Below are positions 52,161 to 64,000 of a DNA stretch of 64,000 nucleotides, piece by piece. A model generated the notes under the pieces. The model ran no database searches and was not told the origin of the DNA. It worked only from the letters and a program-made list of their open reading frames with translations. The position numbers and the translations under genes are program-made. Source of the stretch: Octopus sinensis (Eukaryota); the NCBI RefSeq assembly GCF_006345805.1, contig NC_043011.1:43846464-43910463 (forward strand), in the 5' to 3' direction. Positions within the stretch are counted from its first letter, which is position 1. Every line of letters begins with the position of its first letter.

Positions 52161-53049
52161 TTAGGATGCATGCATGCGTAGGTGTGCATGAGGTTGTGTG
52201 TGTGTGTGTGTGTGCGTGTGTGAACGTGAGTACATGCTTGTGTTAATGTGTGTATTGGGATGTGTTTACTGGTCTTTGAAGTATTAACAGCCTCAGTAAA
52301 GCCATAAAACAGCCGATTATTATGACAAATATATATAATGAAGCCGAAACTACTGATTACCGTGTGGTTGAAATATTTGACACACACATACACACAGAAG
52401 GTAGGTAAGAAAGAGAGAGAGAGAGAAAGGGGAAGGGTGAGGTGGAAAGATACGAAGACAGGAGAGCTAAGAGAACTAATAACAGAAGGAGTAGGAGGAA
52501 GACAAAGTGAGAGAGGAGGAGTGTGTTTATGTGTGTGCGCTTTTACGTCAATAGGTCAGTTGAGCTTTAATGTCAAGCTGGAATTTCGTCTATTTTGGCC
52601 GACCTATGTATATATATTTGCGTGAACTTGATCTGCCCAGCTGTGATGGTACCAGAATGACCGAGCTCAGAAGTCCCTGCACGAAAGCCCCAAACATATT
52701 CGATTACCATATCAAGGCGGGATTAGCATAACTTGCACAGTAGCATTGAACATCATTAAACACATTATATGCATTGCGATGGCGGTTTCAATTCTGTGCC
52801 GCGTTGTTTTTTACTTGAATCGTTCGTTTCTGCACATTCCCGACAGAAAATGGCACAGGATTAACTCTTCCCTCTCGCTGTCATTCTTTCTTCTCTCAGG
52901 TGTTTATCTATTCGGTCAGGATTGCTTTCAGATTAAGCAACTTCTTTCTTCTTCTTCTTCTTCTTTTTCTTCTTCTTCTTCTTCTTCTTCTTCTTCTTCT
53001 TCTTCAACATCATCTTTTTCCTTCTTCAACTCTCCTCCTCTGCCGCCCC

Positions 53050-53088
<39 letters not shown>

Positions 53089-53228
53089 ACCACTACTACT
53101 AGCCCGTCCCTAAAATATTCCTAAACGGACAAAACCCTTTGTAACCTTTCATCCTGTTTTGTCCCTTTATGTTTTCTAATCATATTTGTCAGCCTTTTGT
53201 AGCCAATAAAAAGAATTTATTATTATCA

Positions 53229-53281
<53 letters not shown>

Positions 53282-53558
53282 GTATTGCTATGCGAAGATA
53301 GTGAGCTGACAGAATCGTTAACATTCCGGGAAAAGAAGCTTAGCGGCATTTCGTCTGTATTCACGTTCTGAGTTCAAACTTCGCCGAGGTCGACTTTGCC
53401 TTTCATCCTTTCGGGGTCGATAAATTAAGTACCAGTAAAACACTGGGGTCGATGTAATCGACTAGTCCCCTCCCCACAAATTTAAGGCCTTTAGTAGAAA
53501 GGATTATTATTATTATTATTATTATTATTATCATTATTATTATTATTATTATTATTAT

Positions 53559-53605
<47 letters not shown>

Positions 53606-53864
53606 TTTTGGTTGGCACAGGTTCGATTTTATTCCTGGTAGGAATTATGTGAACAGCGAGTTACTACCTGTAACCTTTGATATCCAAAGTTTTCTGCAGT
53701 CTTTCAAGTCTTTGAACGTTCTGAGTTCAAATTCCGCTGGGGGTCGACTTTGCCTTTCATCTTTTCGGGGTCGATGAATTAATTACCTGTGAAACACTGG
53801 AGTCGATACAAATCGACTAGTCCCCTCTCCCAAAATATTAGGCCTTGTGCCTGCAGCAGAAAGG

Positions 53865-53962
<98 letters not shown>

Positions 53963-54020
53963 ATTATTATTATTATTATTATTTTAATTATTTTAATTAT
54001 CATTAATACTTATTATTATT

Positions 54021-54576
54021 GAGTGAGAGAGCAGCACATGCCATCAAAGATCTGGGGTACAAATATACAAAGCCCAAAATACTCATCATGACTACCCGTC
54101 TGATAAGGGTACAATAGGCACATGGATTACAACGATATGTGCCTGACATGGTGATCTCATATCAAGATAAACAGCGCATGGCCTTGCAGGTTGGGACCAA
54201 TTAGAATTTTCTCGAAACTGAGTAGCGCATACCGCTCAACAAGGTCCCCGAACGAGAGTTGTTTAAAGATGTTAAACAAAACATCCATATTTCCTGAGGT
54301 AAATTATTCAAACCCCATAGAATTCCTCTCAGCACGTGGCTATAATGCTCCCCCGCTGCTCCTGCTCAAAATGTGATATGCACATATCGTCAGCCACTAA
54401 GGAACATGCTGAAATGTTTAAGGTCAAACAACTGACAAGCAAATCTGTGGTACTGAGCAGAATATTTGTTGTAGTCCATCTTTTTATACCAAGACAAAAC
54501 AATGTACATGATAACACTTCCAATCAGTTAAGATTAGAAGCCATGAGAGTCAGTGCCTGGTACAGCATTAAGGCAT
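54021..54576 (-). mobile_element. ~550-bp (AAT)n-embedded element (more diverged)
   Basis: Same ends, (ATT)n on both sides. Confidence 0.83.
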
Positions 54577-54605
54577 TATTATTATTATTATTATTATTTA
54601 TTATC

Positions 54606-54688
<83 letters not shown>

Positions 54689-55073
54689 CATCATTTTTAT
54701 TGCTGCTGCTGCTACTGCTGTTGTTGTGGTCGTCATGTCATATGTCTCTCGTCTCGTTTAATTTGATCAGACAAATGTTCTGCTTTTTAAATCATGTTCT
54801 CAATAAGACAACATGGCGCCTGCGTGACATTGCTTGAGGTTGATGTCACAGGGACTTCCACAACGACAACCGGTTGCAGTTGTCACAGGCTGCCGCCGCT
54901 ACTGCTACTACTACTGCTGTAATGTTGTTGTTGTTGGTATTATTCTAGTTACTACTGTTGCTGCTCATTACATCACCAAACTACTACAACTGCTGCGAAT
55001 GACACGCCACCTACACCACCACAAAGCTACCATTACAACAACGACAAGAACAACAACAACTACTACTACTACA

Positions 55074-55107
<34 letters not shown>

Positions 55108-55568
55108 ATAATAATAATAATAATAATAATAATATAATAATAATAATACCACTACTACTACCACTACGAACTCTGTAAAATCAACTCAACTGTCACCGTC
55201 ACCACCAATACCACCACTACCACAATCTGCGGCTTTCGTAATGTCCCCTTCGTAGTATTTCTAAAATGTCCATTGATTGAATGTTGTATGCCCGTCTCAA
55301 GGCACTGCATAGAATCACTGGAAATTTTAGAAATATTTCGGATATTGAACAGGAAGCCACAACATACGTAGATTACAATTAAGACCCTGGACTCACTTGG
55401 TCTGAATAAATCACGCTTTACCGTTTAACTTTTGCTTGTATCGGTAACTGGACTGAGGCCATGCTGGGGTGACATGTTGAAGTCGAGCGGATCAACATAA
55501 CTACTTATTTTAAAGTCTAGATCGCTTATCGAATCGGAGTTTTTTTAGCGAACCTCTATGTATATATA

Positions 55569-55876
55569 GGTGGAGGCGCAATGGCCCAATGGTTAGGGCA
55601 GCGGACTCGCGGTCGTAGGATCGCGGTTTCGATTCCTAGACCGGGCATTGTGTGTGTTTATTGAGCGAAAACACCTAAAGACACCACGAGGCTCCGGCAG
55701 GGTGTGGTGATCCCTGCTGTACTCTTTCACCACTCTTTCTCCAACTCTTTCTGCTGTTGGCCTGCTCGCTTAGCCAGCGGGGTGGCGTCATTCGAAGGCT
55801 AAACCAATGCGAACGCCTTGTGACCAGCGATGTGTAGCAACATCTGATGGTCTGGTCGGTCACGTGATCACGTGAT
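55569..55876 (+). mobile_element. SINE family C, full head, alternative tail
   Basis: GGTGGAGGCGCAATGGCCCAATGGTTAGG (A box), GTTTCGATTCC (B box); tail ends CACGTGATCACGTGAT. Confidence 0.82.
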
Positions 55877-55882
55877 ATATAC

Positions 55883-56000
55883 ATAGGTAAGAATGGAGAA
55901 CAAATTCCAAAGGTCAAGCCCCGTTATCAAATTAAATCATTACGAATTTAATTTGATAAAGAGACTTGACCTTTGAAATTTGTTCTCCATTCTTACCTAT
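55883..56000. other. Near-perfect 118-nt hairpin (probable small MITE)
   Basis: ATAGGTAAGAATGGAGAACAAATT..AAAGGTCAAG / CTTGACCTTT..AATTTGTTCTCCATTCTTACCTAT, plus inner TTATCAAATTAAAT / ATTTAATTTGATAA. Confidence 0.85.
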
Positions 56001-56232
56001 ATTCTTACTGGTTCTTAACAGTGCTAACGAGCTGCACTGTATGAAAGGATATTCTTTTTATATACATCTCATAATTATATGTATATATATGCTTTAAAAA
56101 ACAAACTGGGACAAGAACGCAAAACATTTTGATGACGACGCAAAAAACACGGACGGACATTCGAAGCCTTCAATCTTCAGTCAAGACCGGATCATCCTCG
56201 CAATTTCGGCTGATATATATATATAATATATA

Positions 56233-56307
<75 letters not shown>

Positions 56308-57689
56308 GTATATATATATATGTATATACTTGTTTCAGTCATTTGACAGCAGCTATCCTGCAGCACCGCCTTTAGTCAAGCAAATCGACTCCAGGACTTA
56401 TTCTTTGTAAGCCTTGCACTTTTCTATCGGAACACTTTTGCCGATCCGCTAAGTTACGGGGACGTATACCAGCAGCATCAGTCAGTTGTCAAGCGATATT
56501 GGGGTGGGGGGACACACACACACACAATGCACAGCACATTGCACACAATACATGTCCTTTCAGCTGTCTTTCGTCTCCAGACAGCCACTCCTGCGCCTAT
56601 ATGTATATATAGATATAATATATATATATATATACATATTAGAAGAAATGAGGTAATCAGAAGATCGGATGGTTCATATTATAGATATTTATTTATATAT
56701 ACATTTTACATATATAGATCATATCATTCAGATTATTAGCGCTTTCTCCCATTCTAGGGGTTTTCAAATCAAATTAATTCCTTGTGGGGAATTTAATCAT
56801 TTTATAGAGTTTCGTAGTTGTGGGGAGGAATAAGACAGTACAAGAGGGTGAAGTTGATGAGGAGGAAGTGAGAGAGAGAACATGTGTGTATGTGTATGTG
56901 TATGTGTGTGTTGTGTGTGTGTGTGTGTTGTGTGGTGGTGTGTGTGTGTGTGTGTGGTGTGTTTGAGGCTAAAGAGAAAGAAGGGAATGGAGAGAGAAGA
57001 AGAAAGAAGGATTTCCTTTGTCTGCTGGACCCCCAAGGAGTTCTAAGAATTTAGCCATTTGTCTATATATATATATTATATATATATAATATATAATATA
57101 ATATATATATATATATAGGAAAGTTTACGAAAATAAGCAAAAGACGAAGGCAGGTGGAGTACAAACGAACAAATGATTAGTATAGTGACTCAGGAAATAG
57201 AAATAGAAAAAGTATTTTACGTTTCGAGCCTACGCTCTTCGACAGAAAGATACACAGAAAAAAAACAAGGAGAGAAAGAGTGAGACGACGTGTTTCTTTC
57301 AGTTTCCGCCTACCAAATCCACTCACAAGGCATTGGTCGGTTCAAGGTTATAATAGAAGACACTTTCCCAAGGTGCCACGCAGTGGGACTGAACCTCGGA
57401 ACCATGTGGTTGGGAAGCAAGCTTCTTACCACACAGTCACGCCTGCGCATTTATATATTCACACTTCTGCCCATGCTGATTCCTCCATGTTATGATTCCT
57501 TATTCTTATGATTCTTGGATGCTTTATTTTGGTGCTTATATAAGATGGATTCTTTTATTTTATCGTAGTTCCTTATGGGGACGGATACAATGCTAGATTA
57601 AGCAAAATCTATTTTTCTAGAAATAAACGAAACGGCAAATAAAAAAACGAGGTACGTTACTTTTGAAAAGTCATCTGAGCGGACTCGTC

Positions 57690-58095
57690 TCCATTTTATT
57701 TCTCACAATTTTCATATAAAATCTACGGACTCAAAGAAATTTCTGAAGTAAATCAACTGGCATATACCTCCATGCTGTTGTTGACATCAGGTAGCCGAAT
57801 ACTACGAACGGGCTTAACAACATATTACAAGGTGTATACTCGAAAACGAAACGGCATGACAATTTAATCGTACAACATTTCACTTGTAAGGTACCGATGC
57901 ATGATGTGACGAAACAATCGTAGTGGTTCTGAATAGCAATTCCCTCGAATTCCATTTTCTTTCTCACATTTTTCGTATAAAATCTACGGACTCAAAAAAA
58001 AATTCTTGAAGTAAAATCCAGTGACATATACCTCCATGCTGTTGTTGACATGAGATAGCCGAATACTGCGAACGGGCTTTACAACATATTACAAT
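57690..58095. repeat. ~130-140-bp direct duplication (period ~265)
   Basis: CCATTTT-TTTCTCACA..AAAATCTACGGACTCAAA..ATACCTCCATGCTGTTGTTGACAT..GAACGGGCTT..CAACATATTACAA occurs twice. Confidence 0.85.
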
Positions 58096-58452
58096 GAATG
58101 TTAATTAATGTGTTGCTTGCAAAGTTGTGCCAATTAGTTTCGTTATTAAAAATCTCAGAAATGATGTGGTCAGCTGCAGTTTTCAGTACACGAATGCGAT
58201 CTTCTGGTCTGGTTTTGTAAATGGAACAGTGGAAATATGTAAGTGTTGTCTAAAAGTTCAAGCTGCAACTGTGTTTTCGTGAGCTGGTTCTCCAAATTCC
58301 AGCGATAGAAGTTTGTTTATTAGTTTAGAAGCATCGTCTTCTTTGTCGGGAGAATTTGAGGAATTTAAATAAGAATTTATACTCATCTATAACTGAGAAA
58401 ATGTGTGAGTAGTAGTAGTAGTAGTAGTAGTTGTTGTAGTGTAGTAGTAGTA

Positions 58453-58485
<33 letters not shown>

Positions 58486-58907
58486 TGGTGGTGGTGGTGG
58501 TGGTGGTGGTGGTGGTTGAAAAAGAAGAGGAGGAGGAGGGGAGGCGGAAGAAGAAAAAGGTGAAGAAAAAACGATGACGAAAGGGGGGAAGAGGAGGAGA
58601 AGGATGGAGAAGAGGAGGTGGGGAAGACGAAGAAGAAATGATGATGATGATAGAGGAGGTGGTGAAGAAGAACAACAACAACAACAAGAACAACAAGAAC
58701 ACCAAATGATGATGATGGAGGTGGTGGAGAAGACGAAGAACAACAACGCCAAATGAGGATGATGATGATGATGATGATGATGGAGGAGGGGGAGGCGGAG
58801 AAGAAGAAAAAGAAGAAAATTTAATTTCTGTGTTAGATTGAAAATAGAGAAAAAATAATTAGATCCAAATAAAATGGAAATTTAACGTAAAATGAAAAAC
58901 ACTTTTG

Positions 58908-58939
<32 letters not shown>

Positions 58940-59113
58940 GGAACTAGTGTTAGTAATGATCGGTTGTGATGTCGGTGGCGGAGGTGGTTGCGATAGTAGT
59001 GGTGGTGGGTGCGGTGATGAGGGAGGCGGCGGCGGCGTTGATGGTCGTGGTGTTTGAGCGATGATGAATGAAATATCAATGAGACAGTTACCCACCCAAA
59101 CGATTATTTACTT

Positions 59114-59144
<31 letters not shown>

Positions 59145-59148
59145 AACA

Positions 59149-59180
<32 letters not shown>

Positions 59181-59594
59181 AACACTCTCTCTCACACACA
59201 CCACAACCAACACAAATATATACTTATACGCAAACACACTTGAGTATTAAACTTCTTCCGCAACGAGAACACATACACACACACACACACTCAAATACCA
59301 ACCTCATTACACAACCAACACATACACGCATACACTCGGGCAAATGCACATATACATACACACCTACACACATTCACATTTATTACATAGCTAAGGATGG
59401 TGCGATTAGACAATCGTTAGAGCGTTGGACAAAAAAAAATCAATCCATCCAGCTTTTCCGCTCCCTATTCCTGGTAGAATCCCAGCGGGGCAGAGGCCTC
59501 AGGCCCCTCCTCTATAGGTCCCTATCAGAAGCAACCGTTATTACACTTTCCGGTTGGATTCCCAGGAGTGACCAATGGAATAGTGGATATTCTT

Positions 59595-60158
59595 TTCTAC
59601 TCTAGGCACAAGGACCGAAATTTTGGGGGATGGGCAGAGGGGCAGTCGATTAGTACTTAATTTATCGACCCCGAAAGGATGAAAGGGAAAGTCGAACACG
59701 GCAAAATTTGAACTCAGAAGGTAAAGACAGATGAAATACCTATTTCTTTACTACCCACAAGGGGCTAAACACAGAGGGGACAAACAAGGACAGACAAACG
59801 GATTAATTCGATTACATCGACTCCAGTGCATAAATGGTACTTATTTAATCGACTCCGAAAGGACGAAAGGGAAAGTCGAACACGGCAAAATTTGAACTCA
59901 GAACATAAAGACAGATGAAATACCTATTTCTTTACTACCCACAAGGGGATAAACACAGAGGGGACAAACAAGGACAGACAAATGGATTAAGTCGATTATA
60001 TCGACCCCAGTGCATAAATGGTACTTATTTAATCGACCCCGAAAGGATGAAAGGCAAAGTCGACCTCGCCGGAATTTGAACTCAGAACGTAGCGGCAGAC
60101 GAAATACCGCTAAGATTTTCGCCCGGCGTGCTAACGATTCTGCAAGCTCGCCACCTTG
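59595..60158 (-). mobile_element. SINE A trimer (head-core-tail1-core-tail1-core-tail2)
   Basis: Junctions at ~59735 and ~59918 (period 184). Confidence 0.85.
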
Positions 60159-61624
60159 AGACAATGAATATTATCCAACCATCCCGTTCATGGTTTACAC
60201 CTTGGTTTCCTACCACGTGATTCTACCTGAAGAATCTACTGAGGCACCACCTTGAAGATTTTACTCGAACGAATTGACCTTAGTACTTGCTTTTCTTTAA
60301 AACCGGTGGGGGTTTACTCCATTGGCTCTCTTTTGCCGAACCACTAAGTTACAGGGATGTAAGCAAACCAACGTCTGTTGCTAGAAGTCAAACACAAACA
60401 CAACACACACATAAATATATACATACACACACACACGCACACACACCACACACACACACACACACACCACACACTTGTATGCATATACATACGGCAGGCT
60501 TCTTTCAGTTTCCGTATGACAAATCCACTTGTAAGGCGTTGGCCGGCCGGTGTTATAGTACAAGAAACTTGACCAAGGCATCGTGCTGGGGAACTGAACT
60601 CAGAACCTTGAGGTTAGAAAGCAAGCTTCTTACCACATAGCCATATCTAATTATATTTAATTGATTAATTTTTTCGTGGTTCTATCCCCTCCACATTTTG
60701 ACGAAAATTTCCCGTTGTTCTCTTCAATTAAATGCAAGGTTTTAATTAATTAAATTTATTGACCTACTAACTTAAATATGTTAGTATTTGCTATTAAAAT
60801 GACTTACAGACACTGTGTGCGTGTGTCTGTGCGTATGTGCGTGTGTGTGTGCGTACGTGCGTGTGTGTGCGAGGCTTGCTGAGTAAATGGATGTCTAGTG
60901 GAATTAATTATTATTAAGTGGTCGTTAAATAAGATCCAGTTATTAGTCATGTTCGCCAGGAAAGGAAAATTTAGAAATAACAACCACCTGACCTCGTCAT
61001 TATCTTCTCCACGGAGCCATGCAAAAACAGGGGGCAAAAATGGCGGAATTTGGCCTCTAAATAGATTCTAATCAAAATGTCAGCCAGGACTGAATGACTG
61101 CATAACTAGAGGAGACGGTTGGCTGGTTGGTTTGTTGGTTTGTCGGTTGGCTGGTTGGCTGCTTGGTCGGTTGGTTGGCAGGAAGGCTCTTTGGATGGTG
61201 TGACGCTCGTTTATGTCTTTGTATCAGCTTCCTTTCTCTCTCCTTTTTATCCCTCGCTTCTCTTCTCATCTCTGTCTCTTTATCTATATATATTGATAGA
61301 TAGATAAATAGATAGATAGATTGATTGATAGGTAAACAGACAGACAGACACACTGACAAATAATTGGATATATAGATTAACAGATAGGTAGATAAATAAA
61401 TAGGTATATAGATAGATAATAAATAGATAAGTAGATACATAATTTACTAGCGTGTATATATATGTGTGTATGTGTGTGTGTATGTGTATGTGTGTGTGTG
61501 TGTGTATACAGAGAGAGAGCGGGAGAATTCTCTGTTCAACATATATCTTTGTCCATCCCTCAACTTCACTTAGTCTTTCTCTCTTTATCTCTCTCTCTCT
61601 CTCTTTATCTGTCTTACATCGCTC

Positions 61625-61628
61625 TATA

Positions 61629-61699
<71 letters not shown>

Positions 61700-61752
61700 A
61701 TCTATTTATCTATCTATCTATCTATCTATCTATATCTATCTATATCTATCTA

Positions 61753-61847
<95 letters not shown>

Positions 61848-61850
61848 ATC
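61625..61850. repeat. (TATC)n/(TGTC)n
   Basis: Direct reading. Confidence 0.95.
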
Positions 61851-62109
61851 TAACTGCCTGTTTCCACCTCAGTCACTCTCGCTTAATTGTGGTCAACAAT
61901 GTCAGCGATAAATAAAACAAAAACTACAATCCTAAACCACAACTAAAGCAAATAAAACAGGAAGTCACCAAAAACGACGCCGAATCTATCAATTTATCTC
62001 TTGTGTCTCCCTATCTGTCTGTATCTATATACGTACACACTTCCGTCTGTCTATCCACCCATCCATGTATTTAAGTATTTTTAAATATTTATAAGTTCTC
62101 ATACACACA

Positions 62110-62140
<31 letters not shown>

Positions 62141-62200
62141 CACCACACACACACACTCACTCACTCACTCACACATAAACACACACGCGCATGCGCGCAG

Positions 62201-62235
<35 letters not shown>

Positions 62236-63735
62236 CTGTATATGTGTATCCAGTGCCATCCAGAATTCTGAAGCAATGATTCAGAAATGCCAGAAAGCGA
62301 TTTGAGTGGAGCTGTGTCGGCATGGCTGTATGGCTGTGTGGTGATAAGTTTGCCTCCCAACCACATGATTCCAGGGTTCAATTCCACCGAGTGGCATTTT
62401 AGGCAAGCGTTTTCTACTAGAGCCCCATGCCCACGAAAGCCTTGTCAGTGGAAATGGTAGACGGAAACTGAAGTAGCTCATCATATATGTGTCTGCGTTG
62501 TGTGTGTGTATGTGTGTGTGTGCGTGTGTGTGCGCTCGTTCGCGCGTGTTTGTCCCGCTAAATGACGGGACATAAACACACCAGCATCGGCTGTCAAGCA
62601 ATGCTAGGGGGACAAACACAAACACACAGTCATACACACACACACACACACACACATATATACATATATACAACGGGCTTCTTTCCGTTTCCGTCTATCA
62701 AATCCACTCACAAGGCATTGGTCGACCCGAGGCTATAGTAGAAGACACTTGCCCAAAACGCCACGCTGTGGGACTGAACCCTGAACCAAGTGGTTGGTAA
62801 GCAAGCTACTCACCACACAGCCATTCTTGCACCTAATAACACTGTAAGTCGGGGGTGTCTTATATCAATCGAATGATAAATACTTTGATTTTATTCGGTT
62901 TTCTTCGATCCATGTCTAATAAGGACGTTGTTATTTAACTATCAACGTATCCGAAAACAATTGCTAGAATCTAATAATGATATTCATGAGAAAAATCTCC
63001 TACCAACCACATGGTTCCGGGTTCAGTCCCACTGCGCGGCACCTTGGGCAAGTGTCTTCTACTATAGCCTCGGGCTGACCAAAGCCTTGTGAGTGGATTT
63101 GGTAGACGGAAACTGAAAGAAGCCCGTCGTATATATATGTATATATATATGTGTGTGTGCGTGTGTTTGAGTTTGTCCCCCTAGCATTGCTTGACAACCG
63201 ATGCTGGTGTGTTTATGTCCCCGTCACTTAGCAGTTCGGCAAAAGAGACCGATAGAATAAGTACTGGGCTTACAAAGAATAAGTCCCGGGGTCGAGTTGC
63301 TCGAGCATGGCCGCAGTCAAATGACTGAAACAAGTAAAAGAGTAAAAGAGAATAAAAGAGAATGTCTATCCATACATACATCCATCACTCCATCCATCCA
63401 TCCAGCCAGCCAGCCAGCCAACCAGCCAGCCATTGATCTTCGTCCACTATTCTTTCGAAGGTCCTTGGGATAAATCTTCAGACACCTTCTCCGTGAGACT
63501 TTATCGGAAGCATCTGTCATCACACTTTTTGGCTGGATCCCTTGTGCGCAAAATGGTATCTAAATTATTGCCCATCTTCAGCATCGATTACCAAATTAAT
63601 TAACGTATATCAACCCCCGCCCACAAAAATATTGAAATTTACTACCCCTTCCTCACTATTGATGAGAAGACAATACTGTGATTACATTCATTTGATTCCG
63701 CTTTTGCCGCCATGTTAGTAGTCGGATTAAAAAGG

Positions 63736-63910
63736 TTTGAAACCAGTGATTTTCAACCATTTTTCACTTATAGACCCCTTTGATTCTTATTTTACTCGGA
63801 TGGCCCCCTAGTAGCCATTCTATATTTAAAAAGAACCCCGTTATATTTTTATAATTAAATGTTATAGAAAATTATATTTAAAAAGTTATTAAAATACGAG
63901 GAGGTGGTAA
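63736..63910. mobile_element. Truncated hAT-type MITE end
   Basis: CAGTGATTTTCAACC start; no second TIR before the next SINE. Confidence 0.4.
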
Positions 63911-64000
63911 AAAGTTCCTAACTTTCTTATTTCTTTATTGCCCACAAGGGGCTAAACATAGGGGGGGGGGGCAAACAAAGACAGACAAATGGATTAAGTC

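Noticed and set aside
51425-52393. Long ORFs of 103-322 aa (MYVC/HTYI repeats)
   Set aside because: They are translations of a (TATG/CATG)n array that is stop-free in several frames on both strands.

Overview
Eukaryotic, AT-rich, repeat-saturated genomic DNA, most likely intronic or intergenic. The SINE repertoire suggests an octopus-like cephalopod; that is an inference from recalled repeat families, not a search result. I cannot confidently identify any host protein-coding gene, and nearly all ORFs in the supplied track are microsatellite artefacts. The window holds: a U6 snRNA retrocopy fused to a full tRNA-type SINE inside one target-site duplication; dozens of SINEs from at least 4 families, including dimers and trimers; two decayed mariner transposons side by side, one carrying an inverted copy of its own flank; a maT/DD37D-like relic split by a hAT MITE; RTE-like LINE fragments; R4/Dong-type (REL endonuclease) retrotransposon ends associated with (TAA)n and (CATA)n arrays; a ~550-bp element found with fixed polarity in (AAT)n; short Penelope-like remnants with minimal hammerhead-like motifs; foldback MITEs; several 130-340-bp locally copied segments; and a 100-N gap. 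Two weak exon candidates (1085-1408 minus, ~58124-58238 plus) are flagged. All alignments and translations were done by eye, so boundaries are approximate unless a TSD or TIR is quoted.
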